Source of the DNA: Candidatus Obscuribacterales bacterium
GTDB lineage: Bacteria > Cyanobacteriota > Vampirovibrionia > Obscuribacterales > Obscuribacteraceae
Assembly: GCA_965228855.1 (NCBI GenBank)
Contig: CBDDIJ010000002.1
Coordinates: 1,376,001-1,440,000, forward strand
Reading direction: 5' to 3'
DNA: 64,000 nt
Shown here: one piece after another, positions 10,631 through 19,630 of the stretch
Numbering within the stretch: position 1 is the stretch's first letter
How the letters are laid out: each line of letters opens with the position of its first letter
Program-made: the position numbers and the translations under genes
Notes under the pieces: model-generated
Told to the model about the DNA's origin: nothing
The model's database searches: none
The model's input: only the letters and a program-made list of their open reading frames with translations

Positions 10631-10655
10631 TAAGCCTCTTTTCGGAGCCAATAAA

Positions 10656-11774
10656 ATGACCACGACAAGCCTGAAAGAAACCCCTCTGGTCGACGCCCAC
10701 CGCGCCCTCAACGGCAGGATGGTCGATTTCGCCGGTTGGAATATGCCGGTTCAATACAAATCAATTGTTACTGAGCACATGGCGACCCGCACCAATGTGG
10801 GTTTGTTTGATGTTTCGCATATGGGCGAGTTTCTGATCGAGGGCGATAGAGCAGGTGAATTTCTGCAATATCTAGTTCCGAACGATGTTTTGAAACTGAC
10901 GCCGAATAAGGCTTTATACACGCAAATGGCGCGGGAGGATGGTACCACCGTTGATGACCTGATCATCTATAGGCAGGATAAACCGAATCGCCCAACCTAT
11001 TACATGGCGGTCGTTAACGCTTCGAACATCGATAAAGACTGGAAATGGTTTAACCAGGTAGTTAAAAAGTTCGATGGCGTTACTCTGAAGAATATTTCTG
11101 ATGATATGGGTTTGCTTGCATTGCAGGGACCAAAAGCTATTGAGATGTTCGCTGAGATTGCTGGTGCGCAGGTCAAAGAGCTGGGATCGTTCAACTACGG
11201 TGAAGCCACTATCGATGGTATTACGATTGGGTTCGGACGAACAGGCTACACAGGAGAAGACGGTTTCGAGATTTTTGTAGAAGCGGCTAAGACCGAGTGG
11301 CTATGGAAGCTGCTGCTTGATAAAGGGGCTAAATACGGGATCGAACCGTGCGGTCTGGGTGCACGTGATACCCTCCGGCTCGAGGCCGGTTTGCCCCTTT
11401 ACGGTCATGAACTGACCGACGAAATCAGCCCTGTGGAAGCCGGTCTCGAGTGGAGTGTCAAGTTCAAAAAAGGTGACTTCCTCGGACGAGATGTAATGTT
11501 GAAGCAGAAAGAAGGTGAGATCACTAAAAAGGTCGTTTGCCTCAAAGCCGAAGGAAAAGCGCTTCCCCGTCAAGACTATGATGTATACGATGGTTCGAAG
11601 CACGTCGGGAAGGTGACGAGCGGCAGCCAGGGAATTTTTGTTGGATACCCAATCGCATTCGCGCTCGTTGACCCCTCATGCACGCAAATCGGTAAAGAAT
11701 TATCTATCGAGATTCGTGGGAAACAAGTGCCGGCGCATGTAGTGGAGCGTCCATTCTACAAGCGAGCAAAATAG
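10656..11774 (+). CDS. gcvT: Glycine cleavage system aminomethyltransferase T
   Basis: MVDFAGWNMPVQY, LFDVSHMGE, RTGYTGEDGFE, GLGARDTLRLEAG; GGAG SD before ATG 10656. Confidence 0.96.
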   Translation: MTTTSLKETPLVDAHRALNGRMVDFAGWNMPVQYKSIVTEHMATRTNVGLFDVSHMGEFLIEGDRAGEFLQYLVPNDVLKLTPNKALYTQMAREDGTTVDDLIIYRQDKPNRPTYYMAVVNASNIDKDWKWFNQVVKKFDGVTLKNISDDMGLLALQGPKAIEMFAEIAGAQVKELGSFNYGEATIDGITIGFGRTGYTGEDGFEIFVEAAKTEWLWKLLLDKGAKYGIEPCGLGARDTLRLEAGLPLYGHELTDEISPVEAGLEWSVKFKKGDFLGRDVMLKQKEGEITKKVVCLKAEGKALPRQDYDVYDGSKHVGKVTSGSQGIFVGYPIAFALVDPSCTQIGKELSIEIRGKQVPAHVVERPFYKRAK

Positions 11775-14315
11775 TTGAGCGGGAGATTCCACCCGAGCTT
11801 CAAGCACTGGTTTCTCGCGTCTATCGCTTTGATCGGTGTGACGTTTCTAGCTTGGAACAATGCGCTCAGTGGATACTTTATAGCCGATGACGCCTGGCAT
11901 GTGCCGCTTGTCGAGCGTGCGCTCTCGGGTGAACCCGGATTGCTGTTTCGGCAGTTTGTGTCGCCATATTCGTTCCACGAGAGTTTATATAGAATGTATC
12001 GTCCGCTGACGGACTTTAGCTTCGCTCTCGATTGTTTTCTATGGAAGGGAAACGCTTTCGGCTATCACCTGCAAAACCTGATCTGGCACGCGATATCGGC
12101 CTGTCTGGTGTTCGCATTGTCGCGCTCGTTGTTAGTTTATGTCGTACTTCGCGACGTCGATAAATACGATCCACTTGTTTTATGGAAGATACCGCTTATG
12201 GTGTCACTACTGTTTGTGGTCTATCCAGGCCATGCCGAACCCGTGTGCTGGGCGCTCCCTCGTATTGACCTGATTGGAGCTGCCTTCACTTTTCTCTCAC
12301 TCACATGCGTGCTTGAGTTTTTCGAGCGCCCGTACAAAAAAATCTGGTTCATTGCAGCTGTAGTGTCGATGTTTTTCGGCTTGATGATCAAGGAGATGAG
12401 TGCTTCAATTCCGTTCGTCACAGTCGCGTTGTATTTGATTACCAGGCACTCAAGAGGTTCTGAGAGCGGGAATCGTGTGAGACTGTTTTTCACAGACGCA
12501 CTGACAGGCATAAAACTCGTTTGGCCAATGTTTGTCTTGCTTGTTATCTACCTCGCTCACCGCGCCTTCTCTCTTGGTTCACTCATCGGCGGTTATCAGG
12601 GAACTATTGGTGCGAGTTTAAACAGCTCATTTCTGCCGCGCCTGTTTAGCATAGAAGCCTGCTGGCGACTGTTTCATCCTGTCAATGAAAACGTTCTCGG
12701 TTCGAGCAGCACGCAAGATTTTTTGATTCGAGTCATATATCTACTGTTCGCGCTGCTCCTGCTTTTAAGCACAAAGTCGGATTGTTTCCAAACCAGACTG
12801 CGTGGAGCCGGGAAGCTTTTGTTTCTGCTACTTGTAATGGTTTTGCCTTGTTTGCAAATATGGGGCGTGACTGGTGGCTTGATTGGTGCGCGCCACGCGT
12901 ATACGCTCTGTGTGCCGTTCATTCTGGCGGTAATAGTTCTCGTCTATCCAATCACGTCAGAACGCTCTACCAGGATCACTCGTTTACGTCGCGCCGCGAC
13001 TGCGGTTGTCTGGGCAGCGTTCATGCTTTTCCTTTCGATGTCTCAGCAATACGCGAAAGCCTGGAGTGAGGCGACCGGTCAGATAAGTAAATTGAGAAAC
13101 GAAATCGAAGAGCATGCGCTCTCACTGTCAGAAAATCATAAGCTGGTCGTTGCCGGCTTGCCGACGGGCATCAAGGGGTTCTGCGCGTTTTACACTATCG
13201 ACTTTTTACCTGGTCTCTTGATGCCACCACTCTCGAGGCACGATGTTCGCTCGAAGGTCATCTGCATTGATGGCACTCCGACAAACGACACTGTGATTAA
13301 CAGGTCTCTCCTTAAGCATGTCCTCCGGGACGAGTCCTGCGATTTCAACGTCTGGGTTAATAGCGAGCAGCATTTCGTCAGTTTGCACATTCCAATTTTG
13401 GAATATCCCCTGGCTGATCGAAGTCTAGAAATTCAAGAGAGCGGAACATTTGCTCGCCATCGTGAAGTGGCGGACGGTACGACGTTTTTTGGAAATAAAA
13501 CGGCCGGAGATGAATTACAAAGTTTTATTCTCCGGTCCGCAGAGAAAACTGATCCGATGGATTTCGAAGTGCTTGAGTTGAAAGTGACGTGTGAGGATGG
13601 TAAGCCGATTGAGCCAGCTGGCCCGCTTTCCGTTCTCTTCCCTGATGAGCAGAATGTGACTGAGCCTTTTTCTTTGAATAAAAGTACGCTGCTGCGACAG
13701 GGGCGATATGGTTGGGTTTCATGGAGCGGTGCTTTGAACAACCAGGGCGAGAGTGCCCTTCCTGTCTACTTCCCGGTATTTACGGATCAAAAGTCGCGGA
13801 CCTACAAGATCAATTTGACGCAGTATAAAAACTGGTTATTTTCAGGAGCCTCGGATCGATTTCGAATCGATCTGCCGGCTCGCTACGGAAAGTTCAAAAT
13901 AGAGTCCGCCCTGCTAAAACAGGCGAGTGACTACATTCCGGAGCTTTCCTTTGCCGGAAAAGGAAAGCTGGAAACCAACGGACTATATGCAACTTCGGCT
14001 GCGGAAATGTCGTTTTCATATGATGCAACGAAAATCCCCGATGGCAAAAAGGTCCTGGTGGAAGTGTCTCTTCCGTATTATGAATTTCACGTGCAGCCGC
14101 ACACATACAGGGAAAGCGCACGAAGTGAGTATGTGTCGTATACAACTGAATTAGACGAATTATCCGGTACGTTTGTGATGCCACCGCAAGTGGTGAGCAA
14201 GCCGGCGTACTATCAGGTCAGAATCTGCGCGATTGATGGCAATGGCGATCCAATTGGGTCGTTTTCGGATCCGGTCACTGTCTCGAATGTCGTGTTGCCG
14301 CTTGGCTGTTTTTAA
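11775..14315 (+). CDS. GT-C-like membrane protein (TMTC-like N-terminus) with large extracytoplasmic C-terminal region
   Basis: YFIADD, YRPL, GYHLQNLIWH, HAEPVCW, IKE motifs; TTG start immediately after gcvT stop. Confidence 0.55.
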   Translation: MSGRFHPSFKHWFLASIALIGVTFLAWNNALSGYFIADDAWHVPLVERALSGEPGLLFRQFVSPYSFHESLYRMYRPLTDFSFALDCFLWKGNAFGYHLQNLIWHAISACLVFALSRSLLVYVVLRDVDKYDPLVLWKIPLMVSLLFVVYPGHAEPVCWALPRIDLIGAAFTFLSLTCVLEFFERPYKKIWFIAAVVSMFFGLMIKEMSASIPFVTVALYLITRHSRGSESGNRVRLFFTDALTGIKLVWPMFVLLVIYLAHRAFSLGSLIGGYQGTIGASLNSSFLPRLFSIEACWRLFHPVNENVLGSSSTQDFLIRVIYLLFALLLLLSTKSDCFQTRLRGAGKLLFLLLVMVLPCLQIWGVTGGLIGARHAYTLCVPFILAVIVLVYPITSERSTRITRLRRAATAVVWAAFMLFLSMSQQYAKAWSEATGQISKLRNEIEEHALSLSENHKLVVAGLPTGIKGFCAFYTIDFLPGLLMPPLSRHDVRSKVICIDGTPTNDTVINRSLLKHVLRDESCDFNVWVNSEQHFVSLHIPILEYPLADRSLEIQESGTFARHREVADGTTFFGNKTAGDELQSFILRSAEKTDPMDFEVLELKVTCEDGKPIEPAGPLSVLFPDEQNVTEPFSLNKSTLLRQGRYGWVSWSGALNNQGESALPVYFPVFTDQKSRTYKINLTQYKNWLFSGASDRFRIDLPARYGKFKIESALLKQASDYIPELSFAGKGKLETNGLYATSAAEMSFSYDATKIPDGKKVLVEVSLPYYEFHVQPHTYRESARSEYVSYTTELDELSGTFVMPPQVVSKPAYYQVRICAIDGNGDPIGSFSDPVTVSNVVLPLGCF

Positions 14316-14501
14316 ATGGTCGCGATTGGCAACGTGACTTATATTATGGAGCCTGCGCAAATTAGTAAGCAGCTCTGGTTAAATGGTGCGTTTCGAGCCT
14401 AGCAGAGAGCGCAATATATGAACATTGCTGTCGATAGAAAAAATCCGCCGAAGGCAAGTGCATCGGACAGTACGGCGCTGCGTCTCATTGTTCGTAACAT
14501 A

Positions 14502-14755
14502 ACTTCCACCTTTCTAGTTGGGTACCTAAGTGATGTTGCTTTTGGCGATTCTGTTCCCAACTTCTTATTTTTGACGTAAGAGTGACTACGTGGGAGACAT
14601 CGGTCTTAGGTGGAAGTCAAGCAGAAGTTTTTCAATGAAAATATCTCTGCGAATTCGTTTTAAAGAGCTGTGATTAATGATCGCACTTGCTAAGATCAGA
14701 GTTTATCGGGGCGAGTTGTCGCTCCGTACCCACTGTTCGCCCCATTGAAAGGAGC
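14502..14755 (+). promoter_or_regulatory. Structured region and alternative hairpins upstream of gcvH
   Basis: ACTTCCACCT/AGGTGGAAGT with nested helices; GGGGCGA can pair with TCGCTCC or TCGCCCC next to SD GGAGC. Confidence 0.4.
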
Positions 14756-14763
14756 TAGGCATC

Positions 14764-15150
14764 ATGACCCTTGCGTATCCGTCTCAGCTGAAATACGTAA
14801 AGTCCCATGAATACGTGCGCGTCGAGGGCGACGTAGCGGTAATAGGGATCACCGCATTCGCCGCGGACCAGTTGGGCGACGTGACATTTGTAGAACTGCC
14901 TAAAGTGGGTGACAAGTTCAAACTCGAGCAGAAGTTTGGTGTAATCGAGTCTGTGAAGTCGGTTTCCGACCTGTTTATGCCACTATCCGGCGAAATCACC
15001 GCTATCAACGAGCGCCTCGAAGGCGAGCCGGAACTCGTTAACGTCGACTGTTACGGCGAAGGTTGGATGATCAAGGTAAAGATCTCGGATACCGCCGAAC
15101 TCGATGCTACCTTGACTGCAGACCAATACAAAGAGTTCGTCGTTGAGTAG
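14764..15150 (+). CDS. gcvH: Glycine cleavage system H protein
   Basis: GITAFAADQLGDVTFVELP, lipoyl motif IESVKSVSD, VNxDCYGEGW; AAAGGAG SD. Confidence 0.96.
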   Translation: MTLAYPSQLKYVKSHEYVRVEGDVAVIGITAFAADQLGDVTFVELPKVGDKFKLEQKFGVIESVKSVSDLFMPLSGEITAINERLEGEPELVNVDCYGEGWMIKVKISDTAELDATLTADQYKEFVVE

Positions 15151-15256
15151 AAGCTGATTCAAACTGCTTAACGAGAAAACGAACGAACAATTAATTTCGC
15201 CAGTCCCCCGACAAGTGCGGCTTACAATGCCGTTATTCAGAGTTGGGGGACTCGTT

Positions 15257-15550
15257 ATGAAAAAGGTTGCATTGGCTACGTCGGTATTCACCTTCGCGAT
15301 CTGGCTTGGCGTATCCTCTTTGCTTCTTGCGCCTGTTGTTGAAGCCGCTGCTCAAGGCGACGTTGTCGCAATGAGTTTGGAAGACGAAAAGAAAACCTTC
15401 CGTCCGGTAGAATTCAGCGCCGAAGTGAAAATGGATGAGACTTCTAAAGTCGCAAACAAGATTGAGTTGAACGTCGTTCAAAAACTTGATCGTGCTAAGT
15501 CCGACATGATTCAAGTCTGCGGAAGCCGCAATCCGGCTGCCGTTCGCTAG
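15257..15550 (+). CDS. Small exported hypothetical protein
   Basis: MKK plus hydrophobic signal peptide; GGGGGA SD. Confidence 0.55.
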   Translation: MKKVALATSVFTFAIWLGVSSLLLAPVVEAAAQGDVVAMSLEDEKKTFRPVEFSAEVKMDETSKVANKIELNVVQKLDRAKSDMIQVCGSRNPAAVR

Positions 15551-16302
15551 TTGTCATCTTCTTCGAACAAAGGCTTCTCTTCTTCGGAAGCCGCATTCAT
15601 TTCTTCGGGAGTGGCTACATGAGTCGCTCCCGAATCTAGTTTGAGTTTCGATGGCTTGGTGTTCTCTTCCAAAATTTCTTGCGCGAGGTGGAAAAAGCGC
15701 GAGCCGGGAGTGATTTTGCTCAGCTGTGATAGCGCAGCCTGGTCTTCGGAATTTGCCTCGAGTTTAGTCAGCGCATCAAGGTAAAGCGCCTGATTCAACA
15801 ACTCATTCGGATTTGCCCCGACGAATCCCGAGAAGAAATCCGGTACGGGATTCTTTTTCAAGATTGTGATTGCAGCTTTGTAGTTGTGCTGATTGATGCT
15901 TTGTTTTGCCATGTGCGTGATGTAGATGCGCATCAAGCCGGTAGTGAAACCGCCGACGGCAAGCAGCAATCCGATGGCGAGAAATAAATCAAAAAGCATC
16001 GGCTGTTTGAAGCGCCGCTGCGGAGGTACTTGATCCAGTACCGTGTCAAGCATCCTGTAATGGTGTTGAGGCGGTGGTGGCAGGGCACCATCTTCGGTGC
16101 CAAAGAATTCACTTGGTTTGCCGGCAATCGAAGTCGCTTGCTTCTTGCGTTCTTGAATGGACAGTAACTCTTCAGGCGTCAAGGCAATCGGATCGGCAGT
16201 ATCATCCAAACGCGCTACCCCCGGTTTTTCGGAGGTGTTATCGTCTGATTCGATTTTGTTCGCTTCGTCCGTGTTCTCGACCGGCTTGGACTCTGATTCC
16301 AC
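15547..16302 (-). CDS. Single-pass membrane hypothetical protein
   Basis: Acidic disordered N-terminus, one TM, helical TPR-like C-terminal part. Confidence 0.6.
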   Translation of the reverse strand: MESESKPVENTDEANKIESDDNTSEKPGVARLDDTADPIALTPEELLSIQERKKQATSIAGKPSEFFGTEDGALPPPPQHHYRMLDTVLDQVPPQRRFKQPMLFDLFLAIGLLLAVGGFTTGLMRIYITHMAKQSINQHNYKAAITILKKNPVPDFFSGFVGANPNELLNQALYLDALTKLEANSEDQAALSQLSKITPGSRFFHLAQEILEENTKPSKLKLDSGATHVATPEEMNAASEEEKPLFEEDDN

Positions 16303-16407
16303 CGCCTAACCCTCGATACGCGACTCAAGTAGAGGTGTTTTCACGGAGCTGAAGGGTCGCGCTCCGATAACTTCTACATTATCATGGCAATCGGCGGAAT
16401 AAAGACC

Positions 16408-18183
16408 TTAACGGCTGGTATCGTCGATAAAGTCTCGAAGTTTTTGACGTTTATGCACGTTTGGTTCGCTTTTCATGGCCTGGCTTACACTTTCGAGCAC
16501 GTCCTTCTTGTGACCTTTCTTTGCAAGTTCTGATAATGTGTCGAAAGCCTCGCGTTGAGTGGAGACTTCTCGTGCTTTCGTCAGACCAACGACCTTTTCC
16601 AGGTCGGAAACAATTTCGAATGTCGCAACGCCTCGCAGCGCTGTCTTTCGCACATCCGCCGCCGGATCGACGAGAGCGTCGCTCAGTCTAGACTGCAGCG
16701 CCGGAATCAGATCTTTCTTTACTGAATCATCTGCCTCGTCCAGCACGGCTATCAAAGACTCCAGTGCTTGGGCGCGCTTATCCGGCGCGTGGTCACTGGT
16801 CGCCTTGATAAGAAACTCCGCCGATTCTCTGGTTGGTAGCGTGCCGAGTGTTTTGAGAATGAGCCAGTAAGTTTTTGCGCTAGCGCGACTTGGCTCCTGG
16901 ACAGGGTTTAGCTGTTTTGGTAGATTGCTTCGTTCGTCTACGTTTACTTTCGCATTTGCAATTTCGATCAGTTTCATCGTCGCTTCATTTGTGTCCAAAC
17001 GGCTCAGGGCCTCGATCGCATTGTCGAGCAAGGGGTGTTCCGGTTTCAAGATCCGTTGGATCCTGGCACTCTCGGAATTCATTTGATGTTTGGCGGCAAA
17101 GTCTATCGCGCTGCGCAGATCGCTCAGTTTCACAGGATCGGAAATGTCAGTTTCTCTGGTGAGTACCTCGAGCGTGTCGCTGACAAGTTGACGGCAGGAA
17201 TCGGAATTCGAGTATGCGATAACCTTCTCGATGTCGCTTTGAGACGGCGGCGACATCAACAAATAGCTGTGATTATTTTCCAGCCAGTGTGCCAGACGCG
17301 TAGCTGTAGTGGCGACCGTGCAGGTTGGTTGATTCTCGACAAGTCTTGCCAGGTAAGGGAAACACTCGGGTGCACCAAGCTCTACAACAGTTTCCTTATT
17401 GAATGTACCTAGCGATGCGTCGAGGAGATCTGAAACGATCTGGCAGCCTACGGCTATCGACTGCTCATCATCACTTTCGAAAAAGATTTGTGGTCGGAGG
17501 ATTCTGGAAACAGCTACTGCGGTGTAGTCCGAATGAGAATGCTTGTTTATCAAAGCCTTCAACAGATTCGGCGATGGTTGTCCGTTTTCAAACTTAGCGA
17601 GCGCTGCGGCCAGGTCTACTTGAATCCAGGGGTCCTCATCGGAGAGGTACTGCACAAGCGCCTCTTCGGCAGAGGGCGCGCTCAGTTTCCCTAAAGCATT
17701 GGCGATATATGGAAACGCATTGCGGGCACCATTGGCGGTGTCATGCAAACTCTGGATCAGTTTATCAACCGTTTCTGTCGCGTTCAGATGCGCAAGCAAC
17801 ATGGCGGCGTTGGCGCGGACCTGCCAGTCCTCATGGAGAAGCGGCACGTCCTCGTAAGAGAGTGCTTCCTCGTTGACGTCGGGCGCGAGAACTTTGATTA
17901 GAACTGCGTGGTCGGTGTAGTCCGCGAAAATTGTTTTCAGTTTTTCTTCCCACCAGAGTGGCGCCAGTTTGAGTAGCGATGCCACTTGCTGGCTACTCTC
18001 CGACTCAATCGCCAGCTTCATATCTGCGCGCACATCTTTGAATTGACGCTGATTTTCGGGGGATGTCCCGACGAGCCCGTTGTAGAGCATGAAGTGCTCG
18101 AGCTCGAAATCGTCCGGTTTTACGGGCGTTTTTTCAGCAAAAATTGAGGTTATCTTTTTGATCCACTTTGCAAATACCGGCAT
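16408..18183 (-). CDS. HEAT-repeat protein
   Basis: DWQVRANAAMLL, DEDPWIQVDLAAAL, DPAADVRKTALRG repeats. Confidence 0.7.
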   Translation of the reverse strand: MPVFAKWIKKITSIFAEKTPVKPDDFELEHFMLYNGLVGTSPENQRQFKDVRADMKLAIESESSQQVASLLKLAPLWWEEKLKTIFADYTDHAVLIKVLAPDVNEEALSYEDVPLLHEDWQVRANAAMLLAHLNATETVDKLIQSLHDTANGARNAFPYIANALGKLSAPSAEEALVQYLSDEDPWIQVDLAAALAKFENGQPSPNLLKALINKHSHSDYTAVAVSRILRPQIFFESDDEQSIAVGCQIVSDLLDASLGTFNKETVVELGAPECFPYLARLVENQPTCTVATTATRLAHWLENNHSYLLMSPPSQSDIEKVIAYSNSDSCRQLVSDTLEVLTRETDISDPVKLSDLRSAIDFAAKHQMNSESARIQRILKPEHPLLDNAIEALSRLDTNEATMKLIEIANAKVNVDERSNLPKQLNPVQEPSRASAKTYWLILKTLGTLPTRESAEFLIKATSDHAPDKRAQALESLIAVLDEADDSVKKDLIPALQSRLSDALVDPAADVRKTALRGVATFEIVSDLEKVVGLTKAREVSTQREAFDTLSELAKKGHKKDVLESVSQAMKSEPNVHKRQKLRDFIDDTSR

Positions 18184-18363
18184 GTAAACAGACTTGACCT
18201 CGTGTAACGCCGAAAACCCGAACAGACTAGCAGTTAGCAAACCTGCTTGATCACAGCATTGTAGAATAGCAGAACATAATAGAAAGTTGCCGCCATATTG
18301 CTAAAATGTAGAGCTTAACCGGGTTTTAGAACGGATTGAATCACTCTTCATCTGGAGGACAAC

Positions 18364-19500
18364 GTGAACACTTTTTTGAGTGCAGAGCAGGACGCATTTT
18401 TGGCTCGTTGCAGAGCCCACGCCACCGAGCATATCGCCCCGTTAGCCGGTGATCTTGATGAAGGAAGGCAGTCCTTCCGTGACGTAGTGTCAGGTCTGGG
18501 TCAGGAAGGTCTTCTTGGATCTTTCGTGGCGAAAGAATACGGTGGTCAAGGCGCGCCTTTCGTGAATCTCGTTCTTCTCGCCGAGGCGTTGTCTGAGTTT
18601 GATCCTGGTCTGGCATTGAGTCTTGCCGCGCACGCGCAGGTGATTGAGCTGCTCTCGAAGTATGGAACCGATACCCAGAAGTCCCGCTACTTGCCACTTC
18701 TGGCGAGAGGCGAGTGCATCGGCGCTTTTGCGCTTAGCGAAGAAACCGCCGGCAGCGACTACGCGGCGATGAAAACCAGTGCCGCCGTCAGCGGCGGAAA
18801 GTGCATTTTGACCGGCGAGAAAAGCTGGGTTGTCAACGGAAGCGTTGCAAACCTCGCTCTGGTAGTCGCTAAAGACGATGCAGCGAAACTTTCGATCTGG
18901 CTCGTGGACCTCGACAACGCCGACAAATCAAAGGTTGAAATCGGTTCAAATCGTAAAAAACTCGGATTGCGCTCCGCGGCGACCAACGATATCAGTTTCA
19001 AAGGACTGGAATTGGCTCAGGACGCAGTTCTCGGCAGTCCCGAAGTTGCGGAAACCGCTATTCGTGAGGCCATGGACGTCAGCAAAGTTCTAGTTGCGGC
19101 AGCCGCGACAGGGCTTATGAACTCCGCAATCACCCATAGCGTCTACAGAGCCCGTACTCGTGAGCAGTTCGGCGGAAACATAGGCAAGCTTCAAGCGATC
19201 CAGTGGAAACTGGCAGACATGTCTGCAGACTCAAGCGCCGCCAAGCTTCTGACCTATCGCGCCGCCTGGAGCAAAGACGAAGCACCGGAAGAGTTCAGCA
19301 AAGACGCTGCCATGTGCAAGTTTTACGCCGCCAAGACCGCTCGGGTTCATAGCGCCGAGGCTGTTCAAGTCTTTGGATCGCTCGGCGTCAGCGATGATGA
19401 GCCGATCGAGAAGCTTTACCGCGATGCTAAAGTTACTGAAATCGCGGAAGGCACTTCCGAAATCCAGAAGAACATAATCGCGAAAGAAGTCGGAGTTTAG
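18364..19500 (+). CDS. Acyl-CoA dehydrogenase
   Basis: FALSEETAGSD, KLGLRS, REQFG..I..LQAIQWKLADM, YRDAKVTEIAEGTSEIQ; GGAGG SD. Confidence 0.93.
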   Translation: MNTFLSAEQDAFLARCRAHATEHIAPLAGDLDEGRQSFRDVVSGLGQEGLLGSFVAKEYGGQGAPFVNLVLLAEALSEFDPGLALSLAAHAQVIELLSKYGTDTQKSRYLPLLARGECIGAFALSEETAGSDYAAMKTSAAVSGGKCILTGEKSWVVNGSVANLALVVAKDDAAKLSIWLVDLDNADKSKVEIGSNRKKLGLRSAATNDISFKGLELAQDAVLGSPEVAETAIREAMDVSKVLVAAAATGLMNSAITHSVYRARTREQFGGNIGKLQAIQWKLADMSADSSAAKLLTYRAAWSKDEAPEEFSKDAAMCKFYAAKTARVHSAEAVQVFGSLGVSDDEPIEKLYRDAKVTEIAEGTSEIQKNIIAKEVGV

Positions 19501-19630
19501 CCGCTCTGAAACTTTCAGGTCGCGCGCGATGTCTTCGGTGGCAAAGCGCGCGATTTTGTCGTTCAATACAATGTATTGTGTTGAATCAGGCGTGGAATAT
19601 TCAACTTGACGTAGTTGCTGGAGATGCAAA

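Noticed and set aside
10548..10655. 36-aa N-terminal extension of GcvT in the ORF track
   Set aside because: Homology and SD point to ATG 10656; the region is better explained as a structured leader
14405..14490. Canonical glycine riboswitch before gcvH (GAGAG...CGCCGAAGGCAA)
   Set aside because: The CTCTCAGG strand and second aptamer are missing; only a partial word match (an Rfam scan would settle it)
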